64,000 bases of DNA, from assembly GCA_964398655.1 (NCBI GenBank), contig CAYNNG010000002.1, positions 17,449-81,448 on the forward strand, read 5' to 3'. Of the stretch, positions 8,778 through 16,297 are shown one piece after another. The first letter of the stretch is position 1. The number at the start of each line of letters is the position of its first letter. The notes under the pieces were generated by a model. That model was not told the origin of the DNA. It did not search any database and saw only the letters and a program-made list of their open reading frames with translations. Position numbers and translations under genes: made by a program. The DNA comes from an uncultured Oscillospiraceae bacterium. GTDB taxonomy: Bacteria > Bacillota > Clostridia > Saccharofermentanales > DTU023.

Positions 8778-9824
8778 ATGAAAAAAATGTTTTTAGCTAT
8801 AGAATCCTCCTGCGATGAAACTGCAGCTGCCGTAGTTGCTGAAGGTAGGGAAATCCTCTCTAATGTGGTTCAATCTTCTGCGAGTTTGCATGAGCGCTTC
8901 GGAGGTGTGGTGCCTGAGCTAGCCTCAAGGGCGCATGTAGAGTCTATTGTTCCTGTGGTTGCCCAGGCCTTGAAGGACGCAGGTATCTTATTGGATGACC
9001 TGACGGGCATAGGGGTATGTGCGGGACCTGGCCTCCTGGGTTCTTTGATTGTGGGGGTATCAGCGGCCAAAGCTCTAGCTTTTGCTACGGGCAAGCCCCT
9101 GATACCTGTACACCACCTAGCTAGCCACATTGCAGCTAACTATCTGGCCCATCCGGACTTGAAACCTCCATTCTTAGCCTTGGTAGTTTCGGGAGCGCAC
9201 TCTCATATTGTAGAAGTCCAAGATTATAATACTTTTGTGATCTTAGCCCGAACTCGGGATGATGCGCCTGGTGAGGCCTATGACAAGATTTCCCGCGAAT
9301 TGGGCTTGGCTTATCCCGGCGGACCCAAGCTAGATAAGTTGGCCAGGCAAGGAAATGCCCAGGCCTTAGATTTGCCCCATCCGCATTTTGAAGACTCCCT
9401 GGATTTTTCTTTCTCGGGAATCAAGACGGCCAGCCTTAACGCCCTCAATAAAGCTAAGCAACAGGCCAAGACGCGTCTGGTAAGACGGGAGGATATCCTG
9501 GCAGACGAAGATCTGGCTGCTGCTTTCCAAGAAGCCGTAGTGGCAAGCCTACTTGAGCATGTGTCCCAGGCCTTGGATCAAACGGGCTACGATAAGTTGG
9601 TTTTGGCTGGGGGGGTATCGGCTAATTCTTGGCTGAGAGACCAGAGCGAAGCCTTATGTCAGAAACGAGGACTTAAACTCTACTTACCACCTCTGGCTCT
9701 TTGCACAGACAACGCGGCCATGACAGCTGCACAGACCTACTATGCTTACGAGGCAGGGGAGCGGGCAGACCTCGAGCTTAATGCCACGGCCATGTGGGAA
9801 CTGGGTACGCCCATGCCCCGCTAG
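8778..9824 (+). CDS. tsaD: tRNA N6-adenosine threonylcarbamoyltransferase TsaD (Gcp/Kae1)
   Basis: The sequence FLAIESSCDETAAAVV...VPVHHLASHI...LVVSGAHSH...LAGGVSAN is the classical TsaD signature. Confidence 0.92.
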   Translation: MKKMFLAIESSCDETAAAVVAEGREILSNVVQSSASLHERFGGVVPELASRAHVESIVPVVAQALKDAGILLDDLTGIGVCAGPGLLGSLIVGVSAAKALAFATGKPLIPVHHLASHIAANYLAHPDLKPPFLALVVSGAHSHIVEVQDYNTFVILARTRDDAPGEAYDKISRELGLAYPGGPKLDKLARQGNAQALDLPHPHFEDSLDFSFSGIKTASLNALNKAKQQAKTRLVRREDILADEDLAAAFQEAVVASLLEHVSQALDQTGYDKLVLAGGVSANSWLRDQSEALCQKRGLKLYLPPLALCTDNAAMTAAQTYYAYEAGERADLELNATAMWELGTPMPR

Positions 9825-9857
9825 TATACTTATACGGTGACGCAAAAAAGTTGATAA

Positions 9858-9920
9858 TGTGGAAAAGTTAAGTTTGGAGCTCACAGTCCAGACCTGATAG
9901 GTTGATAAGTTTGTGGATAA
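9858..9920. promoter_or_regulatory. Two DnaA-box-like 9-mers in the AT-rich tsaD-smpB intergenic region
   Basis: TGTGGATAA (9912-9920) is the perfect complement of TTATCCACA. TGTGGAAAA (9858-9866) has one mismatch. Each is preceded by GTTGATAA (9850 and 9901). Confidence 0.4.
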
Positions 9921-9998
9921 TGTTTATAAGTCTAGCCTCTGTATGATTAGTGTATTGTTTTTGAAATAAGTTTGTAAAATTTGAAAGAATGGACCTAC

Positions 9999-10451
9999 AT
10001 GAAAAAGGAAGCAGTAAAAGTTTTAGCGCAAAATCGCAAGGCCAGGTTCTCCTATGAGATTCTGGAAAGCTTTGAGGCGGGTATTGTCCTGACGGGAACA
10101 GAGGTGAAATCTGCCCGGCAGGGTCGAGTCAACTTGCAGGATGCCTACGCCACAGTGGATAAAGGTGAAGTCTTTATCAAGGGTATGCATATTTCTCCCT
10201 ATGATCAGGGCAACCGATTTAATCCCGATCCCTTAAGAAAGAGAAAGCTCTTACTGCATAAACGGGAAATTCGAAAATTGGCCGTGAGTGTGCAGCAAGA
10301 AGGGCTAACCTTGATTCCTCTGCGTTTGTATTTAAAAAGAGGGTTGATTAAGCTAGAATTGGCTATAGCAAAGGGTAAGAAATTGTACGACAAACGAGAA
10401 TCCATCAAGAAACGCGAGACGGAGCGCGAGTTGTCAAGAAATTATCGCTAG
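9999..10451 (+). CDS. smpB: SsrA-binding protein SmpB
   Basis: The sequence ...[30 protein letters not shown]...LLLHKREI... is typical of SmpB. I prefer the ATG at 9999 (MKKEAVK) to the TTG at 9981. Confidence 0.9.
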   Translation: MKKEAVKVLAQNRKARFSYEILESFEAGIVLTGTEVKSARQGRVNLQDAYATVDKGEVFIKGMHISPYDQGNRFNPDPLRKRKLLLHKREIRKLAVSVQQEGLTLIPLRLYLKRGLIKLELAIAKGKKLYDKRESIKKRETERELSRNYR

Positions 10452-10511
10452 TTCCTTGAACTTTGAGCAGGAAAGGGGGGAGGCCTTATCGCATCGGTAG
10501 TTGCCTGCGGC

Positions 10512-11807
10512 ATGACACAAGCCGGTACAGCCAGGCGCTTGAACGAAGATAGTTTCCAACTCCAGGGCCGGATCTATCCAGATACCCTCAATTCTCGCGA
10601 GCAAAAAATTGACCAGTCTGACGATTACTGGCAGATCTTTGCGGTTACCGATGGTATGGGCGGGGCTGGTGTAGGCGATATTGCCAGCCGGGTGGTCCAG
10701 TCTTACCTCATGGATCTGCGGTCAGATTTTAGCCTCCTTGACCCCTATAGTTTTTCTTTCGCCGCTTACATACAGGATTTTTTAACCAAGGCCGACCAAG
10801 GCCTGCAGATGCGCCTGCGTAAGCAGGCAAACCAGGCTGTCGGCTGCTCTTTAGCCCTTCTTATGATGGCCGGGGAAACTTGCTATACCATGGCTGTGGG
10901 CAATTGTCGCATTTACCTTTACCGGGAAGGGTATCTCTACCGCATGACGGAAGACCATGTGCTGAACGATGACGCATCCGACCGCCCCTTACTTTTTCTG
11001 GGGAATCATCCGGGAATTCACCAGCTGCGTGCCCAGAACTTAAAACATATGCAAGTGCAGGCGGGCGACCACTTTTTCCTCTGTACGGACGGTATAACGA
11101 ATGCACTGGACGACGAGGACATAAAATGGGTTTTAGATAAAACTTCTCCTATACAAACCTATGTAGAATCTCTCTTCCAAAATGCCCGCCGCTATGACGC
11201 GCGGGACAACCAGACGATCTTGGGTTTAAAAATTAAAAGCAGAAGAGTCTTTACAGGACCAGAAGCCAGTGACCTGCTTTATCCTGATCGCAATCATCCA
11301 GGGACCAGCCAAGCTAGCTCTTACCGGGAAACTGGGGCAGACGCCCCTCAGCTAGGCAGTCAAGCGACGGGAATTTATCGACAAGCTGGTTATGTGACGG
11401 ACACGTATGGTCCTGTACAAACTTACGTACAGAAGCGGCCAGGAATTTCCAGCGAAGCCACAGGCATTTATGCCATAGCCCAGGGTTTTCATCCTCAGAC
11501 TCCAGATGTGGGGAGACCTCCAGCCGCGCCAGACTGGAGCGATCAGCAGCAAACCACTGGTAGCTATATCCCTTTAAATACTTTAACGGGGACTAACCGT
11601 CAGGCTACAGGCGTTTATGATCTCCCTACTGGTGGCTTGGGAGCTTGGGAAGAGATGAACCGGCAGGCTAGTCAACGGGAGGAAACTCTGGCACAGACTA
11701 ATACTCCGGGACATAGCCTTCTAGATCTCTTGAGGCAAAACCTGGGTTTGTCCGTGATGGCCCTGGTCCTGCTGGTTTTAGTACTTATCCTCTTTATCTT
11801 CTTATAG
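10512..11807 (+). CDS. PP2C-family Ser/Thr phosphatase with a repeat-containing linker and a C-terminal TM anchor
   Basis: The PP2C motifs are GTARRLNEDS, FAVTDGMGG, AVGNCRIYLYREGYLYRMTEDH, FFLCTDGI and RDNQT. The C-terminal TM helix is LSVMALVLLVLVLILFIFL. The true start may lie upstream at the ATC at 10488 (see findings). Confidence 0.85.
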   Translation: MTQAGTARRLNEDSFQLQGRIYPDTLNSREQKIDQSDDYWQIFAVTDGMGGAGVGDIASRVVQSYLMDLRSDFSLLDPYSFSFAAYIQDFLTKADQGLQMRLRKQANQAVGCSLALLMMAGETCYTMAVGNCRIYLYREGYLYRMTEDHVLNDDASDRPLLFLGNHPGIHQLRAQNLKHMQVQAGDHFFLCTDGITNALDDEDIKWVLDKTSPIQTYVESLFQNARRYDARDNQTILGLKIKSRRVFTGPEASDLLYPDRNHPGTSQASSYRETGADAPQLGSQATGIYRQAGYVTDTYGPVQTYVQKRPGISSEATGIYAIAQGFHPQTPDVGRPPAAPDWSDQQQTTGSYIPLNTLTGTNRQATGVYDLPTGGLGAWEEMNRQASQREETLAQTNTPGHSLLDLLRQNLGLSVMALVLLVLVLILFIFL

Positions 11808-11854
11808 TTCTAATAGTTTGAGTTATAGGCAGAGCTTTTGGGTACAATTGTCCC

Positions 11855-11883
11855 TTGTCCTGACGGCCTGACCTTGCTATATT
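11855..11883 (+). promoter_or_regulatory. Candidate ssrA promoter
   Basis: TTGTCC (11855-11860), a 17-nt spacer and TATATT (11878-11883). It ends about 24 nt upstream of the mature tmRNA 5' end. Confidence 0.4.
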
Positions 11884-11906
11884 TAGTATGCTTCAAACAC
11901 CCATAT

Positions 11907-12283
11907 GGGGGTGAACTGGTTTCGACGGGATCGTAGAAATTAGGGAAGCGGGCAGAGGGCTCCGCTGGCCTCTTTAAAAAGCGGAACAAACATTAAATGC
12001 CAACAAACCGGCACTTGCAGCTGCATAACATTGCCTGCCATGGAACCAGACCTATCTGCGGGCTGGACCTCCATGTAAAAGAGCAGACCTTTACTCTTAG
12101 AGGTTAAAGAGTGACCCTGATGGCCTAAGCTTTGCCGCCATTTAGTATCCATGAAGCTACCGGACACCTGCCGCCCCGCTGTTAGGGACAGGTAGAGGGG
12201 AATACTCCAAGTAACAGCTGCGCCCGGAGACGCCTTAATGGACATGGTTTCGGACAGGAGTTCGACTCTCCTCACCTCCACCA
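11907..12283 (+). ncRNA. ssrA: tmRNA (SsrA)
   Basis: The 5' end GGGGGTGAACTGGTTTCGACGGG pairs with the 3' end CACCTCC-A-CCA and includes the G3:U70 alanine identity pair. The T-arm is GGAGTTCGACTCTCC. The internal tag ORF ends ...PALAAA-TAA (stop at 12026-12028), probably resuming at the GCG at 11981 after UAAAAA. That gives the tag AEQTLNANKPALAAA. Confidence 0.95.
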
Positions 12284-12290
12284 ATTGAAG

Positions 12291-12318
12291 GCCCCTAGTC
12301 CGATGACTAGGGGCTTTT
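12291..12318 (+). terminator. ssrA rho-independent terminator
   Basis: GCCCCTAGTC-CGAT-GACTAGGGGC forms a 10-bp perfect stem, followed by TTTT. Confidence 0.85.
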
Positions 12319-12337
12319 GCATATTTACATAGTTCTA

Positions 12338-12366
12338 TTGACCATAATCAGTCTGCACATTATAAA
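12338..12366 (+). promoter_or_regulatory. Near-consensus promoter reading into the repeat region
   Basis: TTGACC (12338-12343), an exactly 17-nt spacer and TATAAA (12361-12366). Confidence 0.5.
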
Positions 12367-12370
12367 TTCT

Positions 12371-12517
12371 CCACCCCTACTTTGGTTTGCTCAGAAGTCG
12401 GACAATTTTGCAAGTAGCGGATGGCCAAACCACCCATTACTTGCAGATTTGCTCAGTTGACCACCCAATACTTGCAAACTTGCACGGCGGCCCACCCATT
12501 AGCTGCACTTTTGCCGG
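12371..12517. repeat. Four degenerate direct repeats with consensus CCACCCAWTACTTGCARAYTTGC; the last three are spaced exactly 31 bp
   Basis: The units start at 12371, 12430, 12461 and 12492. An inverted copy of the core lies at 12403-12416 (CAATTTTGCAAGTA). Confidence 0.8.
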
Positions 12518-12520
12518 AGA

Positions 12521-12564
12521 GTCGGGAAAGTCAAACTGAAGGGGTCGGGAAAAACAAACCGAAG
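12521..12564. repeat. Tandem 21-nt direct repeat with a 23-nt period
   Basis: GTCGGGAAAGTCAAACTGAAG (12521-12541) and GTCGGGAAAAACAAACCGAAG (12544-12564) share 18 of 21 positions. A related GTCGGACAA occurs at 12397. Confidence 0.75.
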
Positions 12565-12619
12565 TGGTATAGCCCCGGGACACCTCATATCTATGGTGAA
12601 TAAGTTTGAGGAGTACCCA

Positions 12620-12650
12620 TTGACCTTACAGTTAACTGCAATGCTATAAA
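12620..12650 (+). promoter_or_regulatory. MerR-type promoter/operator with a 19-bp spacer and central palindrome
   Basis: TTGACC (12620-12625), a 19-nt spacer and TATAAA (12645-12650). The spacer contains the perfect palindrome CAGTTAACTG (12629-12638). Over-long spacers with a dyad are the hallmark of MerR-family regulated promoters. Confidence 0.7.
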
Positions 12651-12674
12651 ATGGTCAGAAAGGAGATGTGAGAT

Positions 12675-13229
12675 ATGACGATCAAAGAATTTGCTGACTT
12701 GTATGACTGTAATCCTCAAACCCTACGCTATTATGACCAGGTGGGTCTGCTGAAACCGGTTAAGGTAGATGCTTGGACTAAATACCGTTACTATGCTGAG
12801 GACCAGGACCTGCAGTTCGTAAAAATTAAAAACTTACAGCTGGCGGGTTTTTCCATCCAGGAGATCAAAGGCTTTTTGTCTGCCGATGACCATACCATCT
12901 GCTTGGCCTTGGCAGACAAGATCAAGGAGCAGGAACTTCGGCTGGAGCAAATCCGGCATATCCAGCAGTCATATCTTAACGAAATCCAAGCTATGAAAGA
13001 CAAGGTTAAAGCTTTCCGTGAAGAGGTCCTAGACCTGATGAAAGAATACGATCCAACCGAGGAATTTGGGATCAGCTCTGAGGCCTACCGTGAAATTATT
13101 AATGGGGTAGCCAGGAGCATTGAGGAAGGTGAACTGACCAAGGATGATTTCTCTTATGAGCTGACATCCCAGGAAGAGGAGAGTGCCCAGGAGGAAGAGC
13201 AATTCCTCAAGACCTTGCATGGACTATAA
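12675..13229 (+). CDS. MerR-family transcriptional regulator with an acidic C-terminal tail
   Basis: The N-terminal HTH is TIKEFADLYDCNPQTLRYYDQVGLLKPVKVD..YRYY, followed by a coiled-coil segment. The SD AAAGGAG lies 9 nt upstream. Confidence 0.85.
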   Translation: MTIKEFADLYDCNPQTLRYYDQVGLLKPVKVDAWTKYRYYAEDQDLQFVKIKNLQLAGFSIQEIKGFLSADDHTICLALADKIKEQELRLEQIRHIQQSYLNEIQAMKDKVKAFREEVLDLMKEYDPTEEFGISSEAYREIINGVARSIEEGELTKDDFSYELTSQEEESAQEEEQFLKTLHGL

Positions 13230-13503
13230 GCTGGTCACAGCCAAGCATGGCTGGACCTATGCCAAAGAGGTTATAAACCACATGCAGCTGCCCGCTGACG
13301 GCAAGGACTATCTGCTGGTCTTCGCGCTTTCTCCGGATAAGGAAAATCAAACGGCTTTTGCAAACACGGTTCTTGCTTTAGTTATGCAGAAGAATTCGGA
13401 AACTCGTCTTCGGAGCTCCAAGACTAGTGGTAACCTGAACTGCAATGTGACTACATCTGAGAACGATCTAAACCACTTCTGGTTGCTGCAAGCTCGCAAA
13501 TAA
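13219..13503 (+). CDS. Hypothetical 94-aa protein, translationally coupled to the MerR gene
   Basis: The ATG at 13219 overlaps the MerR stop (ATGGACTATAA). I recognise no family. Coding status is inferred from the ORF, the coupling and the terminator that follows. Confidence 0.45.
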   Translation: MDYKLVTAKHGWTYAKEVINHMQLPADGKDYLLVFALSPDKENQTAFANTVLALVMQKNSETRLRSSKTSGNLNCNVTTSENDLNHFWLLQARK

Positions 13504-13544
13504 AAGCTGCGTATTAATCTAAGGCCTTAGAAGACCTTATTTTT

Positions 13545-13584
13545 AAAGCCTTTGGAGCTTTTGGACGCCAAAGGCTTTTAATTT
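13545..13584 (+). terminator. Terminator of the merR two-gene unit
   Basis: AAAGCCTTTGG (13545-13555) and CCAAAGGCTTT (13568-13578) form an 11-bp perfect stem around a 12-nt loop. The T-rich tail is TAATTT. Confidence 0.75.
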
Positions 13585-13643
13585 CGGCAAATGTGCTAAT
13601 ATACGGAGGTATCTGCTGTTATCAGCATATGAGGAGGTTATTT

Positions 13644-15005
13644 ATGCTGGAAAAGTACTTCAAACTTCAAGACCATAAGGTCACAGCAAAAAGTGAAATT
13701 GCCGCCGGTCTCACCACCTTTGTAACCATGGCCTATATCTTAGCGGTTAACCCGCAGATCTTAAGCGCCACAGGTATGCCTGCAGGTGGTGTCTTAATTG
13801 CCACGGCTCTATCATCGTTCGTGGCCTGCATGTGCATGGCCTTCATGGCTAATCTGCCCTTTGCCCTGGCCCCGGGAATGGGTCTCAATGCCTACTTCGC
13901 CTACGGCGTAGTCTTGGGCATGGGTTATAGCTGGCAGATGGCTTTGTTTGCCGTGTTCATTGAAGGTGTGATTTTTATTCTCTTAAGCTTTGTTGATGCC
14001 CGAGAAGCCATTTTCAACGCTATCCCTATGTCTTTGAAACATGCGATCTCCGCGGGTATCGGCCTCTTCATCGCCTTTATTGGCTTACAGAGTGCCAAGC
14101 TGGTAGTCAATAATGACGCTACCCTGGTCGGACTCCAAAAATTTAATGCTAACTTCTCCACCGAAGGTATTGGCGCCTTGCTCTGCCTGATTGGTGTCGT
14201 GATCATCGGTGTCTTAAGCCACCATAAGGTTAAAGGCGCAATCTTGATTGGTATTTTTGCCACCTGGGCCCTGGGCATGGTTAGCCAGGCTGCGGGGATC
14301 TATGTGCCTAACCCTGAGGCGGGTTTCTTCTCGCTTTATCCTGCTTGGTCTGCTCCCGACTTCTCCGGTTTTGGTGAGATTTTTGGCCAATGCTTCAAGC
14401 TGGACTTTAGTCAGGTTAAGTTCCTTGATATGTTCTCCATTGTTTTCGCCTTCTTGTTTGTCGATATCTTCGATACTATTGGCACCTTAATTGGCTGCGC
14501 TACGAAGGGTGATATGCTGGATGAACACGGCAAGCTGCCCAAGGTCAAACAAGCACTGCTGGCCGACGCTATCGGTACAACCGTGGGCGCAGTCATGGGT
14601 ACTTCCACAGTCACGACTTATGTGGAAAGCTCTGCCGGCGTAGCAGAAGGCGGCCGCACAGGTTTAACTGCCTTTACCACGGGTTTATTATTCCTGCTGG
14701 CTATTATCCTTTCGCCTATCTTCATTGCTATTCCGGGCTTTGCCACCGCGGCTGCCCTTATTTATGTAGGCTTTGCCATGTTCACTTCAATTCTGCGAGT
14801 AAACTTCGATGACTTGACTGATGCTATCCCCGCGTACATTGCTCTGCTGGCCATGCCTCTGTTCTACTCCATTGCTGAGGGTATCTCTCTGGGCGTAATC
14901 TTCTTTGTACTTATGAAGGTTTTCTCCGGTAAGCGTAAGGAAGTTTCTCCCTTAATGTTCATTCTCTTCCTGGTCTTCGTAGCCCGCTATATCTTTATGC
15001 AATAA
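13644..15005 (+). CDS. NCS2/AzgA-type purine (adenine/guanine/hypoxanthine) permease
   Basis: The sequence ...EIAAGLTTFVTMAYILAVNPQIL... continues as a polytopic membrane protein typical of the PbuG/PurP/AzgA family. I chose the ATG at 13644, 6 nt after the SD GAGGAGG, over the start at 13593. Confidence 0.85.
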   Translation: MLEKYFKLQDHKVTAKSEIAAGLTTFVTMAYILAVNPQILSATGMPAGGVLIATALSSFVACMCMAFMANLPFALAPGMGLNAYFAYGVVLGMGYSWQMALFAVFIEGVIFILLSFVDAREAIFNAIPMSLKHAISAGIGLFIAFIGLQSAKLVVNNDATLVGLQKFNANFSTEGIGALLCLIGVVIIGVLSHHKVKGAILIGIFATWALGMVSQAAGIYVPNPEAGFFSLYPAWSAPDFSGFGEIFGQCFKLDFSQVKFLDMFSIVFAFLFVDIFDTIGTLIGCATKGDMLDEHGKLPKVKQALLADAIGTTVGAVMGTSTVTTYVESSAGVAEGGRTGLTAFTTGLLFLLAIILSPIFIAIPGFATAAALIYVGFAMFTSILRVNFDDLTDAIPAYIALLAMPLFYSIAEGISLGVIFFVLMKVFSGKRKEVSPLMFILFLVFVARYIFMQ

Positions 15006-15020
15006 GCAGGAAATAAGTAC

Positions 15021-15042
15021 TGCCTCCCCAGCCGGGGAGGCA
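15021..15042. terminator. Stem-loop between the convergent permease and NYN genes
   Basis: TGCCTCCCC-AGCC-GGGGAGGCA forms a 9-bp GC-rich stem. There is no clear U-tract on either strand. Confidence 0.5.
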
Positions 15043-15087
15043 GCAACCAGAAGATTAATTCTTAATTAAAGGGCCTTTTAGCTTTGG

Positions 15088-15972
15088 CTAGAAGGCTCTT
15101 TCGTTCTTTTTGATGCGGTTAGGATCGTTTTTCCTACGGACAAAGAGCTGTTTGCTGTGTCCCTTGGTGACTTCTTTGTTATCCATTTCGTAACGGCCGA
15201 TGGACAGAAGCAGGCTGGACAGTTTAGCAAAACCGTAGTTACGGGCGTCAAAAGAAGGCTGCTTTTTGGTCAGCAGCTGGCCTAGTTCTCCGAGATAGGC
15301 CCAGCCATCTTCATCTTCTATGTCTTGGATGCTCTGGTCAATCAGGTGAATGAGCTTGTCATCCACATGCTCCAGAGCCTTCTTCTGAGCTTTACGCTTG
15401 TTGCTGGTGGATTTATTGCTGTCCTTACTGGCACTAGTTTTGCCGCGAGAGGCAGAAGTGGATCTGCCAGTCTTGGTAGTTTTATCTGGCTCGGACTTAT
15501 CCGCGGCCTCATCGTCATCAAATTCATCCTGGAGGATTTCTAAGTAAATAAAGCGGTCGCAGGCCGCAATAAAAGCATTAGGAGTTTTTTGCTCGCCGAT
15601 GCCATACACGGTTTTACCGGCTTCACGCAGGCGCGTGGCCAGACGGGTAAAGTCACTGTCACTGGAGACGAGGCAGAAAGCTTCAGCCCGGCCGGAGAAG
15701 AGGATATCCATCGCGTCGATGATGAGGGCGGAATCGGTAGAGTTTTTACCTGTGGTGTAGGCGAACTGCTGCACGGGACTCAAAGCGTAGTCCAGGAGAT
15801 GGTTTTTCCAACCCGCGAGGTTGGGCTTGGTCCAGTCGCCATAAATGCGCTTGATGGTTGGATTGCCATAACGGGCAATTTCTTGCATCATAGGCTGCAC
15901 ATAATGGTGAGAAATGTTGTCCGCGTCAATAAGCACGGCGATGCGAATTTCTTGATTACTGTTTTCTTCCAT
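15088..15972 (-). CDS. NYN (LabA-like) domain protein with a C-terminal OST-HTH/LOTUS domain
   Basis: The N-terminal part IAVLIDADNIS...IKRIYGDW...NSTDSALIIDAMD...FCLVSSDSDFTRLATRLREAGKTVYG matches the NYN nuclease fold pattern. A basic low-complexity linker follows. The C-terminal part GWAYLGELGQLL...FDARNYGFAKLSSLL is LOTUS-like. Confidence 0.8.
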   Translation of the reverse strand: MEENSNQEIRIAVLIDADNISHHYVQPMMQEIARYGNPTIKRIYGDWTKPNLAGWKNHLLDYALSPVQQFAYTTGKNSTDSALIIDAMDILFSGRAEAFCLVSSDSDFTRLATRLREAGKTVYGIGEQKTPNAFIAACDRFIYLEILQDEFDDDEAADKSEPDKTTKTGRSTSASRGKTSASKDSNKSTSNKRKAQKKALEHVDDKLIHLIDQSIQDIEDEDGWAYLGELGQLLTKKQPSFDARNYGFAKLSSLLLSIGRYEMDNKEVTKGHSKQLFVRRKNDPNRIKKNERAF

Positions 15973-16185
15973 GGGGACTCCTTTCTAACTGGTTTTGGCT
16001 TGCTTGGTTGCTGAAGCAATTAGGGGAGGGAGCAGGGCCTTCTGCTGCCACCCAAGCCATGCAAACTAATTAATTATAGTATGAATTTCTTTTCCTGTCA
16101 GATGCGTAGACTGATGTGAGGGTAGCAGCTAGGTTAGATATAAGTTAGCTTTAGACAAAAATTGTCATTCAAATTTCGGTATATC

Positions 16186-16246
16186 TTGCTAAAATTCCCC
16201 TAAAACGTAGAATGAGAATTGCTAGCTCAGTTTACGGTTAAACCGT
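16186..16246 (+). promoter_or_regulatory. Candidate ppx-ppk promoter with a downstream 6-1-6 inverted repeat
   Basis: TTGCTA (16186-16191), a 16-nt spacer and TAGAAT (16208-16213). The inverted repeat ACGGTT-A-AACCGT lies at 16234-16246. Confidence 0.3.
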
Positions 16247-16297
16247 GATCTGGCTTTGCTCGGCAGTGTGTGGTTCTATCCCCCTCGGGAGGTAATA

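Noticed and set aside
11940-12284. A 114-aa minus-strand ORF
   Set aside because: It lies completely inside the tmRNA gene in antisense. The locus is explained by ssrA.
12371-12517. The repeats as decayed att sites of an ssrA-targeting genomic island
   Set aside because: The units share only CCACC(C)A with the tmRNA 3' end (..CTCCTCACCTCCACCA). No integrase or other island genes follow. I cannot exclude this, but it is not supported.
12421-12603. A 60-aa ORF (MAKPPITCRFAQL...) across the repeat region, considered as a possible small or Cys-containing peptide
   Set aside because: There is no SD in front of the ATG. The underlying repeats have a 31-bp period, which is not a multiple of 3, so the repeat is not conserved at the peptide level. 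It is more likely non-coding.
13504-13643. A purine riboswitch upstream of the purine permease
   Set aside because: Only about 60 nt remain between the upstream terminator and the SD. I could not find the conserved purine-riboswitch core (the UAUAAU..GAUAUGG..CUACC..CCGUAAA pattern).
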